Made by a program: the position numbers and the translations under genes. From contig CAWFAD010000016.1 of NCBI GenBank assembly GCA_963813815.1, positions 448,001 to 512,000 of the forward strand: DNA of 64,000 nt, written 5' to 3'. Below, in pieces: positions 47,357 through 56,379 of the stretch (its first letter is position 1; each line of letters starts with the position of its first letter). The notes under the pieces are model-generated. The model was given only the letters and a program-made list of their open reading frames with translations. It searched no databases and was not told the origin of the DNA. This DNA is from an uncultured bacterium. Its GTDB lineage: Bacteria > Krumholzibacteriota > Krumholzibacteriia > Krumholzibacteriales > Krumholzibacteriaceae.

Positions 47357-47465
47357 GACGATTTCATTGTAGCAGCGCTCGGTCCGTCCGGACAAGGCGA
47401 ATGCGCGAAGCCCGGTTCGGGGCATTCCGTATTGAGTTGCTTTCTCAATTTCAAATGAATGCGGA

Positions 47466-47494
47466 TTGACAAGAATTACGCTCTCTGGTAAAAT
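47466..47494 (+). promoter_or_regulatory. Consensus sigma70 promoter
   Basis: TTGACA-N17-TAAAAT with extended TGn. Confidence 0.75.
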
Positions 47495-47610
47495 TATGCG
47501 CTGTAAGGGGAAGGGGAACTCGGGTGCAAGAGGGTTCGCGCCCCTTGCGCCCGGCAGCAGTTGCTCTCGTCCAACTCTCTCTGTCTCTCTCTCTCTGAGG
47601 AGGTGCATCA

Positions 47611-48597
47611 GTGGGCAAAGCATCTATTTCCATTCTGGTTTCCATGCTGCTGGCCGCAGCGCTCTTCTCCGGTTGCTCGGAGAATCCCGGTAGTGTAGCC
47701 GACACCGGTTCCACGGCCGAGGAAACGATACTCACTGCAAAACCCTCGATTTACGTCAACTGCCTCTCGATGCCGGTGGTGTTCGCGGAAGGACACGGGC
47801 TCACCGGCGAGGACGCAGCGCACTTGACGGGGCTCCGGGGCACTCCCGGCGTCGAGTACTTCGTCGCACCGTATGACGCGACTCTCATCGACGGCTATCC
47901 TGTGTACCGGAACCCATCGATCAACGAATGGTGTGCCGACTGGGCCGACGGCACGACCTGGGGCGAAGTGGGTGTCAGGCTCGACTGGGCGGACAACATG
48001 ACCCGCCAGACCTGGACCTCCAAGTCGAAGGTTCGCGTCGAGGTCGTTCTGTTCGCCGACAACATCGATCCGGTGGCGCATCCGCTGACCGGCTACAACA
48101 TGTACTCGCTCGGGGGCCTGAAGCTCGAAGAGGTGTTCGTGACGAACACCACGAAATATCAGGCCACGACCGCCACGGTGTACTCGAACGTGGCTCGCTT
48201 GAAGATCGAGAAGCTGGACGCGCAGGGTGGCACGCCGACGCTGGTCATCTATGACAGCCCGTGCTACGAGGCGTATTTCGTCGACGGTCCGGTGGATGCC
48301 TATTCGGCCGAGATCAACATGGGCGGCAAGTGCATCTACGGTTTCAACTGGAATGTCGGCGATGTGCCCCTCACCGACAGGAGCGGTTGGTACCGGCTCA
48401 CGTTCAGCTTCGACCCCGAGGCGAACTATACGGACTACGACGGCGTCGTTCAGTCCTATCTGCGCAACACGAAGATCGCGAACCTCGATCCGGCGGACCT
48501 GCTGGGCTACAACGACCCCGAAGTCGTGATCTATGAGCCCACGCTCACGGTCGACGGATACGCGAGCGTTCTCGATATCTTCATAAAGGCGCGGTAA
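47611..48597 (+). CDS. Lipoprotein of unknown function
   Basis: Lipobox FSGC; GAGGAGG RBS before GTG; acidic, aromatic beta-rich body. Confidence 0.8.
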   Translation: MGKASISILVSMLLAAALFSGCSENPGSVADTGSTAEETILTAKPSIYVNCLSMPVVFAEGHGLTGEDAAHLTGLRGTPGVEYFVAPYDATLIDGYPVYRNPSINEWCADWADGTTWGEVGVRLDWADNMTRQTWTSKSKVRVEVVLFADNIDPVAHPLTGYNMYSLGGLKLEEVFVTNTTKYQATTATVYSNVARLKIEKLDAQGGTPTLVIYDSPCYEAYFVDGPVDAYSAEINMGGKCIYGFNWNVGDVPLTDRSGWYRLTFSFDPEANYTDYDGVVQSYLRNTKIANLDPADLLGYNDPEVVIYEPTLTVDGYASVLDIFIKAR

Positions 48598-48670
48598 GGC
48601 GGCGACCGGCTAGGAGATGAGCCAGGGTACCCCACCCCTACTCCCCTCCCTGGCGCATCGAATAGTTCAG

Positions 48671-48705
48671 AAAACGGCGACCCCCTTCGGGGTCGCCGTT
48701 TTTTT
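48671..48705. terminator. Intrinsic (likely bidirectional) terminator
   Basis: aaaacggcgacccc-cttc-ggggtcgccgttttttt. Confidence 0.85.
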
Positions 48706-48738
48706 GTCCCGCCGGGATCCCGCCGGAGCGACGGGGGC

Positions 48739-49437
48739 TCATTGAACGAGAGCCCCGTTCCATTCGACGAGCCGCCCCGAGATCCAGAATCCGCCGATGA
48801 TGCTCACGAGGGACGCTCCCCGCGGACGGAACGGAAGCTCGACGAGCCGGAGCGGCTCCGCGGGCTCGAGGTGTATCCGCTCGAGAAAGTCGCTGTTGCT
48901 CTGGAGCGGCTCCGCGAGGGTCGCGAAAAAGATGAAGTCCATGAGGGCCGCCGCCTCCTCGGCCCGGAGCGCGCAGAGCACCGGCCGTCCGGCGCCGTCG
49001 GAGCGCTCGATCGAGAAGGCCGGCTGCGCCCGCGTGAGGAGACGCCCGACCTTGAGATAAGCGTAGGTGTTGAGCGATTTGAAGGCCGGAATGAATATCC
49101 GGAGCATTCCGACGCTCTCGAGCCTTTCCATGACGTTCCTGATCTCGGTCGGCGAGGGCAAACGCTCCGCGCCCGCGGTCTCGTCGATGCGGCGTTTGAG
49201 CGCCGGTCCGTCGACCTCCGCGATCCAAAACGGGAGCCAAACGCGGCCGTCTCCCGCGGCCGGGCCGTCTTCGGGAGCGATCGCGCGGTGCACGGTCACC
49301 GGCTCGAGCGCTTCGGCGCCGAGCACCCAATAGCGAAGGCACGACGGACACTGGAACGTCACGAGCTGCCCCATGACGGGAAGCTCGTTCCCGCAATGAC
49401 CGCACCTCAAAGGCCTGATGCTGAGATCTTCCGGCAT
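48739..49437 (-). CDS. Double zinc-ribbon protein (YdjG-like)
   Basis: CGHCG..CPSC, WLPFW; last gene of the SPFH operon. Confidence 0.7.
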   Translation of the reverse strand: MPEDLSIRPLRCGHCGNELPVMGQLVTFQCPSCLRYWVLGAEALEPVTVHRAIAPEDGPAAGDGRVWLPFWIAEVDGPALKRRIDETAGAERLPSPTEIRNVMERLESVGMLRIFIPAFKSLNTYAYLKVGRLLTRAQPAFSIERSDGAGRPVLCALRAEEAAALMDFIFFATLAEPLQSNSDFLERIHLEPAEPLRLVELPFRPRGASLVSIIGGFWISGRLVEWNGALVQ

Positions 49438-49438
49438 G

Positions 49439-50491
49439 TCAATCCTCACCTCCGAGGAACATGTTCGCGCGATGGGCCATCCATTCATGCGGCGGTAGGA
49501 ATCCACGCTCCTGAAACGCGTCGATGGCGTACAGGGCGACGAGCGGAGCCGCGACGAGCGGGGGCCACAGGGCGGCGAGAGCGGCGAGCGCCGCCGGTCC
49601 GAAGAAGAGGCGCTTCGCGTTCACGCGCCGCCGCGGGGGAACCTCGCCCCGCACGACGAGGCCGTTTCCGGCGTCGACCGTGACGGTATAGATGCGCTCC
49701 GCGTGGCGGTAGCGCAGGAGATACACGGGGTAGTAGTAGAGCGAGAGGCTGCTGTCGAAGAGCTGAAAGCGGCTCGCGCGCACCGTCGTCCCCGCTGCCG
49801 TCGCGAAGTGCGCGAGAAAGCTCAGGGCGTCGCGCCGCGCGGAGCGCTCGCTCCGCGTGGGGAGGGCGACCGTGTGCTCGCGGCGCCGCCCGGCGTCGAG
49901 CACGTCCCACTCGAGAAAATCGGTTCGGAACGAGATTCCCTGAAGCCCGAGGCTGGGGAGCACGCACGCCGGCGCGCTCCAGTCGATCCGTTTGAAGAGA
50001 AGCCGCGAGTAGGGAGTTCGTTCCTCGCGCATCGTCGTGCGCGTCTCGGTCGAGCGCGGATCGGCAGAGGCGATCTCGACCCGCACGAGCTTCGTGCGCT
50101 CGCCCGAGAGCCAGCCCATGACCCGGCCGCGAAGTCGCCAGAAAGGCACGTGCACGAGCCGCTGATCGACGATCGCGGTCTCGCGGGCGGAGATTCGGCC
50201 GCTCGATTCATCCGCGATCCACCGGATCGCCGCGAGCCGGGCCTTGCCCGGCGTGGTCGACGGTTTGAGAATGAAGCTCCGTAGACCGCGCGGCGCGGCG
50301 ATGAGGAGCGCCGACGAGCAGTAGCCGCAGCGGATGCTCCGTTCCCCTTCGTTGATGCGGAGCGCTCCGCCGCATGAGGGGCAGGTCGCCCCGAAGGCGA
50401 GCCCGCGATCGGCCGCTCTTCGGCCCCGCGAGGGGATCTCGCGCTCCGCTGACGCGCGTTCATCCATGGCGCTCGAATGCACGGCCGTCAT
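49439..50491 (-). CDS. Zinc-ribbon protein with C-terminal TMs (YdjG-like)
   Basis: CPSCGG..CGYC, HVPFW, YYPVY, VDAGNG; ATGA overlap with upstream stop. Confidence 0.7.
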   Translation of the reverse strand: MTAVHSSAMDERASAEREIPSRGRRAADRGLAFGATCPSCGGALRINEGERSIRCGYCSSALLIAAPRGLRSFILKPSTTPGKARLAAIRWIADESSGRISARETAIVDQRLVHVPFWRLRGRVMGWLSGERTKLVRVEIASADPRSTETRTTMREERTPYSRLLFKRIDWSAPACVLPSLGLQGISFRTDFLEWDVLDAGRRREHTVALPTRSERSARRDALSFLAHFATAAGTTVRASRFQLFDSSLSLYYYPVYLLRYRHAERIYTVTVDAGNGLVVRGEVPPRRRVNAKRLFFGPAALAALAALWPPLVAAPLVALYAIDAFQERGFLPPHEWMAHRANMFLGGED

Positions 50492-51180
50492 CCCTTCGCC
50501 CGCTCCCGGAGCGTAAAGACGAGATACCCGGCCGACGCGGCCGCGGCCACAGCGGCGAGTCGGCCGAAAAAACCAGGCGTGACCTTCGCGAGCGTGAAAT
50601 ACACGGCGAAGAGAGCGGCGATCGAAAGTCCCAGTCCGAGGCTCGGCCTGCGCCTGCGCTCGGGGGGCAGATCCTCCGCGACGACCTGCCAGCTCTCGCC
50701 GACGACCGCCGCCCGGCCCCGCCAGCCGCCGGCCTCGTACTCGAGGGAATACACGGGAAGGTAAACGATCCGCGGCGCTCTCGGATCGACGCTGTCGGCG
50801 TCGACCACCGGTTCCGGCTGCTCGCTCTCGCTCAGGAACCCGTAGCTCCCGGCGGGAGGGTACGGCGCCTGATCGGCCGCCGTCCACGCGCCGGCCGCCG
50901 GAACGAGGGAGATCCCGCCGTCGTCATCCTCCGCCATGGAAAAGGGAATGAACGAGAAATCCGTCGCCAGGCGCGTCGCGCGCCGGCGCTCTTTCCGGGC
51001 GAGGTGCGATCGCAGCGATGCCTCGGCCGCCGCGTCGTCGCGCGCGTGCGAAAGGATGAGACGCTCGACTTCCCTGGGTTTGTCGAGGGCGAGGGATGCT
51101 CCGCAGAAGGAGCAAATGAGCATCGTTTGCCCCGGCTCGAACCGGTTCTCCCCGCCGCAGAGGCTGCATTGAACGAACAT
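50488..51180 (-). CDS. Zinc-ribbon protein with two C-terminal TMs
   Basis: CSLCGG..CSFCG, FIPF, YLPVY. Confidence 0.7.
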   Translation of the reverse strand: MFVQCSLCGGENRFEPGQTMLICSFCGASLALDKPREVERLILSHARDDAAAEASLRSHLARKERRRATRLATDFSFIPFSMAEDDDGGISLVPAAGAWTAADQAPYPPAGSYGFLSESEQPEPVVDADSVDPRAPRIVYLPVYSLEYEAGGWRGRAAVVGESWQVVAEDLPPERRRRPSLGLGLSIAALFAVYFTLAKVTPGFFGRLAAVAAAASAGYLVFTLRERAKG

Positions 51181-51222
51181 GGGAACCCGCCTGTGTTCCG
51201 CCGCCGCCGCGGCGCCCGCGCG

Positions 51223-52281
51223 CTACGCCTTGCCGCCTTCGAGGTTCTTGCCGCAGCCCATGCAGAACTTCGCGCCCGCCGGAACCTCGGTCTTGCAGCC
51301 GGGGCATTGGATCGAGCGCGCGACCGGCGCGCCGCAGGAGGCGCAGAAGCGCGCATCGGCCGCTATCTCCGCGCGGCATTTCGGGCAGAGGACCGCGTCT
51401 TTGACGGCGGACGCTCCGCCCTTCATTCCTTGGGCGATCATGCCTGGGATCATGAACCCGAGGCCGGCGCCCAGGCCGATTCCCATCCCGCCGGCCGCAG
51501 CGCCGCCCGCGCCGCCGTCTCCGCCGGAAGTCGCGGCGTCGCCCATGGCCTTCGCCGCCTTGAACTTGAAGAAGCTGTCGAGATCGCCCACCGCGGCGAG
51601 GCCGCTCCGCTCGTCGATCATCTTCTGCACTTCGGGGGGCGGGGTGATGGCGCTGAGGTAGAAGTCGGCGAGCTCCATGCCGTATTTGCGAAAGTCGCCG
51701 ACGAGGCGCTCCTTGATCTCGACCGCGAGCTCGTCGTACTGGCGCGGCAGATCGAAGATGGTGTCGAGCTTCTCGCCGAAGAGGTCGTTGATCCGGGCGA
51801 CGATCACGTCACGGAGATAGTCGCCGATCATCCCGCTCGTGTAGAAGCCCTGCGTGCCGACGACCGCGTTGATGAAGAGCGCGGGCTCGGCGATCTTGAA
51901 GGTGTAGACGCCGAAGGCTCGGAGCCGCACGAGGCCGAGCTTCGAGTCGGTGAAGGCCACCGGATCCTTCGTGCCCCATTTCTGGTTGATGAAGCTCTTC
52001 ATGTTGACGAAGAAGACCTCGGCGCGGAACGGGCTCTTGAATCCCCATGGGAGCGAGATGATCTTCGTGAGGATCGGCAGGTTCTTCGAGGTGAGGGTAT
52101 GTCGTCCGGGTCCGAAGATGTCGAGCCCCTTGCCGTCCTTGAAAAAGACCGCCATCTGGTTGTCCCGGACGATGAGCTGCGCGCCGATCTTGATCTCGGC
52201 GGACCCTTCCGGTGGAATGCGGTGAACGATCTCGTCGCCTCCGAGATCGAACCATTCCAGGATTTCCATGAACTGAGACAT
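51223..52281 (-). CDS. SPFH (band 7) protein with C-terminal double zinc ribbons (YdjI-like)
   Basis: [48 protein letters not shown]. Confidence 0.9.
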   Translation of the reverse strand: MSQFMEILEWFDLGGDEIVHRIPPEGSAEIKIGAQLIVRDNQMAVFFKDGKGLDIFGPGRHTLTSKNLPILTKIISLPWGFKSPFRAEVFFVNMKSFINQKWGTKDPVAFTDSKLGLVRLRAFGVYTFKIAEPALFINAVVGTQGFYTSGMIGDYLRDVIVARINDLFGEKLDTIFDLPRQYDELAVEIKERLVGDFRKYGMELADFYLSAITPPPEVQKMIDERSGLAAVGDLDSFFKFKAAKAMGDAATSGGDGGAGGAAAGGMGIGLGAGLGFMIPGMIAQGMKGGASAVKDAVLCPKCRAEIAADARFCASCGAPVARSIQCPGCKTEVPAGAKFCMGCGKNLEGGKA

Positions 52282-52356
52282 ACCGGCCTCCCCTTCGCAT
52301 AGATAGAGTTTGTTCGTTGCGGGCGTCGTGCCCGGCCGCCCGATTGAGGACGAATG

Positions 52357-52372
52357 AGCAAAGGTAATGCCA
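52357..52372 (-). promoter_or_regulatory. sigma54 promoter of the SPFH operon
   Basis: Minus strand TGGCAT-TACCT-TTGCT, 75 nt upstream of ATG 52281. Confidence 0.65.
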
Positions 52373-52534
52373 AATCGGCGGTTAGCGCCATTTTGGAGGT
52401 CCGGCTGGCGCCGGCGGCCGGCCGGCCGCCGATATCCCATTTTCAAAAAAGGAGATATGACCTATACTGCAACCCGGGGTGGAGCGGTCCGGGGGAGGGT
52501 CGAGCGTGGAGTCCTGGCACGAAAGGAGTCGGTC

Positions 52535-52918
52535 GTGGCTCTCTTTGCTGCTTTCGGCATCGGTATCATCTTTCTTTTCATCTTCATGGTGATCCTCGGC
52601 GGGCTCTTTATGTGGCTCGCCGCCAAGATCTCCCGCATCGAGGACTCGAGCTTCGGCCGGGCGCTCGTCGCGGCGATCGGGGCGAGCTTCGTCGCGGTTC
52701 TCGCCGCGTTTCTCTTCAACCTGCTGCCCGTCTTCGGCAACATGTTCGGCTTCATCGTCGGGCTCATCCTGTCGATTCTCGTCATCAAGGCCGCCTTCCG
52801 CACCTCCTTCGGGAAGGCGCTCCTCGTCTGGGTTTTCAATCTCGTCGCGACGCTCATCGCCCTGGGGCTCGCGGCCGTTCTCACGGCGAGCTCGTTTCTC
52901 ATCGGACGCTCCATCTAG
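52535..52918 (+). CDS. Small 4-TM membrane protein
   Basis: AAAGGAG RBS before GTG; internally duplicated SFG(R/K)AL helix pairs. Confidence 0.75.
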   Translation: MALFAAFGIGIIFLFIFMVILGGLFMWLAAKISRIEDSSFGRALVAAIGASFVAVLAAFLFNLLPVFGNMFGFIVGLILSILVIKAAFRTSFGKALLVWVFNLVATLIALGLAAVLTASSFLIGRSI

Positions 52919-52974
52919 CTCCGCGGCGGCTGCGCGCGAGTCGCCGCGGCGAGACGGGAGGCGGAATCGTCGCC

Positions 52975-54177
52975 ATGAAAGAACGCGGTGTTCCGATCGT
53001 GATGTATCACGGCGTCGGCCCCGATCGGGAGGGGTGGCCGTGGAACTACCTGTTCACGCCCTCTGACGTTTTCGAGCGCCAGATGCGGGCCCTCCGGGAT
53101 GAGGGATGGACGACGGTCACCCTCGCCGAGCTTCACGCGCACATGGCCTCGGGCGCGCCGCTTCCGCCGAAGCCGGTCGTGCTCACCTTCGACGACGGCT
53201 ACGCGGACAACTGGGTCTACGCGTACCCGCTGCTCAAGAAATACGGTCATCGGGCGGCGATCTGGATGAGCACCGATTTCGTCGATCCGCGCGGCGTGCC
53301 GCGTCCCACGATCGAGGACGTCTGGGCAGGGCGCCTTCGCGAAGCGGAGATCGATCCGCGCGGCTATCTCTCGTGGGCCGAGATGCGCCGCATGGCGGAG
53401 AGCGGCCACGTCGAGATACAGAGCCACGCGATGACGCACACGTGGTATCCGGTCGCGGAGGATATCGTCGACTTCCACCGTCCGGCGGGGGTGGACGATT
53501 ACGAGCCGCCGCTCTGGCTCGGCTGGAACATGTTCCCGGGACGGAAGCACGAGAGCATGCACCTGAAGCTCTCCGATCTCGTGCCGCTCGGCACGCCGGT
53601 CTACCGGCACGAGAAATCCCTCGCGGCGCGCCGCTATTTCGAGGACGAACGTCTGACGGAGAGGCTTCGCGCCCACGTCGCCTCCTCGGGCGACACGGCG
53701 TTTTTCGAGGAGCCCGGGTGGCGCGAGGAGCTCATGGAGATCGTGCGCGAGCACGGAGTGGGCGGCGGCCGGCTCGAGACGGAGAGGGAGTACGCCTTCC
53801 GCGTTCGCCGGGAGCTCGTCGAGTCGCGCAGGATGATCGAGGAGGCGCTCGGCGCGAAGGTGGAGTTCTTTTGCTGGCCGGGAGGCGGCCGGAGACCCGA
53901 AACGCTCCGCATGGCCGAGGAGGCGGGGTATCTCGCGACGACCACGCACTTCGAGGACCGCTCGCGGCGGAACGTCCGGGGACAGAACCCGCGCGAGCTC
54001 TCCCGCATCGGTTCGGGATCGCCGTGGACGTGGCGGGGAATCGCCATCAAACGCACCGGCCCCGGCTTCTTCATCGCCAACCTCGAGACCTTCGCCGGCG
54101 GCGAAAAATCGATTTGGCGCCTTCGCGCCCATAAACTACAATATCTCCTCCGGCACTTCGTTTCGGGCGCGCGCTGA
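52975..54177 (+). CDS. CE4 (IcaB-like) polysaccharide deacetylase with large insertion
   Basis: IVMYH, LTFDDGY, LSW, QSHAMTH, FCWPGG. Confidence 0.88.
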   Translation: MKERGVPIVMYHGVGPDREGWPWNYLFTPSDVFERQMRALRDEGWTTVTLAELHAHMASGAPLPPKPVVLTFDDGYADNWVYAYPLLKKYGHRAAIWMSTDFVDPRGVPRPTIEDVWAGRLREAEIDPRGYLSWAEMRRMAESGHVEIQSHAMTHTWYPVAEDIVDFHRPAGVDDYEPPLWLGWNMFPGRKHESMHLKLSDLVPLGTPVYRHEKSLAARRYFEDERLTERLRAHVASSGDTAFFEEPGWREELMEIVREHGVGGGRLETEREYAFRVRRELVESRRMIEEALGAKVEFFCWPGGGRRPETLRMAEEAGYLATTTHFEDRSRRNVRGQNPRELSRIGSGSPWTWRGIAIKRTGPGFFIANLETFAGGEKSIWRLRAHKLQYLLRHFVSGAR

Positions 54178-54195
54178 CGAGCGCGAGGGGGAAGC

Positions 54196-55917
54196 ATGTT
54201 TCCGCCGCTGCCACCGGCGCTCATACGGAACGTCATTTATCCGGTCTACCGGGGGCTCCGGCGCGACCGGCTGCTCTCCGTCCTCGAGGAGCTCGAGCGG
54301 AACCAGTGGCTCTCCGCGCGGGAGATCGAGGACCTCCAGTGGAGCCGGCTCGCCGCGCTCATCCGCGGGATTGCCGCGTACGTGCCGTTCTACGAGGACC
54401 TGCTGAAACAGATCTCGCTCGCGCCCGAGGACCTGCAGAGCCCCGAGGATTTCCGGAGGATCCCGTTCCTCACGAAGGAGATCATCCGGAGCGCCGGGGC
54501 CCGGATGACGTCGAAGGATCCGATTCGGCGCGGCTTCCCGTCGAGCACGGGAGGGTCGACGGGGGAACCGCTCTTCTTTTACGGCGACGTTTCGACGGGC
54601 CCGCTCCGCAGGGCGAACGGGATGCGCGGGTTCCGATGGGCGGGGATCGACATCGGCGACCGGCAGGCGGTGCTCTGGGGCACCCACCTCGGCTCGGGGC
54701 GGCGCGAGCGGGCCGCGCAGGCGGCGCGGAACTATTTCAGCAACACGCTCTACCTGTCGACCTTCGACATGTCCGACGCGTCGATGGAGCGGTACGCGGC
54801 GAGGCTTCGCGCCTTCCGGCCGCAGCTCTTCACCGGATACCCCTCGGCGCTCGCGCTCTTCGCCGCCTTTCTCCGCTCCCGGCGGGCACAGGATATCCGG
54901 CCGCGCGCGGTCATCGCGAGCGGCGAGGAGCTCTACGAAAGCCAGCGCGAGCTCATCGAGGCCGTGTTCGGCTGCCGGGTCTTCGACCGGTACGGGAGCC
55001 GCGAGTTCGCCGGGGTGGCGCACGAATGCGAGGAGCACCGCGGACTCCACGTCATGAGCGATCTCTTTTACGTCGAGGTCGTCACCGAGAGCGGCCGCCC
55101 GGCGAGCGAGGGCGAGATCGGCGAGATCGTCGTCACGGACCTCTTCAACACGTACATGCCCTTCGTCCGCTACCGGACCGGCGACCTCGCCGTGACGACG
55201 GGGCGGACGTGCCCGTGCGGACGCGGGCTGCCGCTCCTCGAGCGGATCGAGGGACGGAGCTTCGACGCCATCGTCACGGCCGACGGCAGGCATATCGGCG
55301 GCTTTTTCTGGACGTGGCTCTCGCGCGCGGTGCCGGGCATCCGGCGCTTCCAGGTCGAGCAGCGCGAGCGGAGCGGCGTCATCTTCCGCTTCGTGCCGGG
55401 CCCCGAGTGGCGCGACGAATACGAGCGCTCGCTCGAGAAGAAAATCAGGGAGAACTGCGGCGACGGGTTCGGCGTTTCCTTCGAGCGCGTCGGAGAGATT
55501 CCCCTCACGCCGTCGGGCAAGTCGAAGTTCATCATTTCGAACGTCGGCGAGCGGCTCGTCGTGAAGTCGAAGATCCATCGCGCGACGATCACGGCCGAGG
55601 AGCCCGACGGACCCGACTGCATCGTGATCGACGAGGAGATCATGGAGCTCGCCAACATCTCCCGGAACGAGAAGGTGCTCATCGTCGATATGACGAACGG
55701 CGAACGCGTCGACGCCTTCGCCGTGCCGGGCGCGCGGGGCGGGGGAGCGGTGACGGTCTGCGGCGCCGCGGCGAAGCTCGTTCACACGGGGGACACCGTC
55801 GGCATCATGGCGTTCACCTGGTCCGAAGGCCCGACGGGGCGGTTCGCCAACATTCTCGTCGACGAGCGGAACCGGTTCGCCCGGTACCTCACCGAGAACG
55901 CCGGAGATACGGTCTAG
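54196..55917 (+). CDS. PaaK/CapK-like adenylate-forming ligase fused to a C-terminal PanD-like domain
   Basis: STGGSTGEP, RYGSREF, RYRTGD, EGR, TPSGK; then KSKIHRATIT..IDEEIMELANI..NGER..GAAAKLVHTGD. Confidence 0.9.
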   Translation: MFPPLPPALIRNVIYPVYRGLRRDRLLSVLEELERNQWLSAREIEDLQWSRLAALIRGIAAYVPFYEDLLKQISLAPEDLQSPEDFRRIPFLTKEIIRSAGARMTSKDPIRRGFPSSTGGSTGEPLFFYGDVSTGPLRRANGMRGFRWAGIDIGDRQAVLWGTHLGSGRRERAAQAARNYFSNTLYLSTFDMSDASMERYAARLRAFRPQLFTGYPSALALFAAFLRSRRAQDIRPRAVIASGEELYESQRELIEAVFGCRVFDRYGSREFAGVAHECEEHRGLHVMSDLFYVEVVTESGRPASEGEIGEIVVTDLFNTYMPFVRYRTGDLAVTTGRTCPCGRGLPLLERIEGRSFDAIVTADGRHIGGFFWTWLSRAVPGIRRFQVEQRERSGVIFRFVPGPEWRDEYERSLEKKIRENCGDGFGVSFERVGEIPLTPSGKSKFIISNVGERLVVKSKIHRATITAEEPDGPDCIVIDEEIMELANISRNEKVLIVDMTNGERVDAFAVPGARGGGAVTVCGAAAKLVHTGDTVGIMAFTWSEGPTGRFANILVDERNRFARYLTENAGDTV

Positions 55918-55979
55918 GGTACTTTCCGGCGGCGCCCGTTTGTACTATATTTCCCCCCGGCGCCGGGGCGTGGAGCGTT

Positions 55980-56339
55980 ATGAAACGGTTGCTGCTCAAA
56001 TCGATGATCCTCAAGGCCACGGTGACGCAGGCCGACGTGCATTACGTCGGCAGCATCACGATCGACCAGGATCTCATCGAGAAGGCGAATCTCTGCGAGC
56101 ACGAGAACGTTCTCGTCGCCGACCGTTCGAACGGCCGCCGTCTCGAGACGTACGTCATCGTCGGGGAGCGGGGGAGCGGCGTCATCGCGATGAACGGCGC
56201 GGCCGCGCATCTCATCAACGAGGGGGACGTCGTCGACATCATGGCGTTCAGCTGGTCGAACGGGGAAGTGCATCCCCTCTTCATCGAGGTGGACCGGGCG
56301 AACCGTTTCGCGGGTTATCACGACGGGGACGTTTCGTGA
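55980..56339 (+). CDS. panD: Aspartate 1-decarboxylase-like proenzyme (variant lacking K9/H11)
   Basis: YVGSITID cleavage site, NGRRLETY, NGAAAHL; GGAG RBS. Confidence 0.88.
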   Translation: MKRLLLKSMILKATVTQADVHYVGSITIDQDLIEKANLCEHENVLVADRSNGRRLETYVIVGERGSGVIAMNGAAAHLINEGDVVDIMAFSWSNGEVHPLFIEVDRANRFAGYHDGDVS

Positions 56340-56379
56340 GGCGCCCCGCCGCGCGCCGCGGCCCGGCCGGAAAGGGAAC

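Noticed and set aside
47575..47597. (CT)n microsatellite as a phase-variation tract
   Set aside because: Short, interrupted, and outside both the CDS and the promoter spacer; kept only as part of the leader finding.
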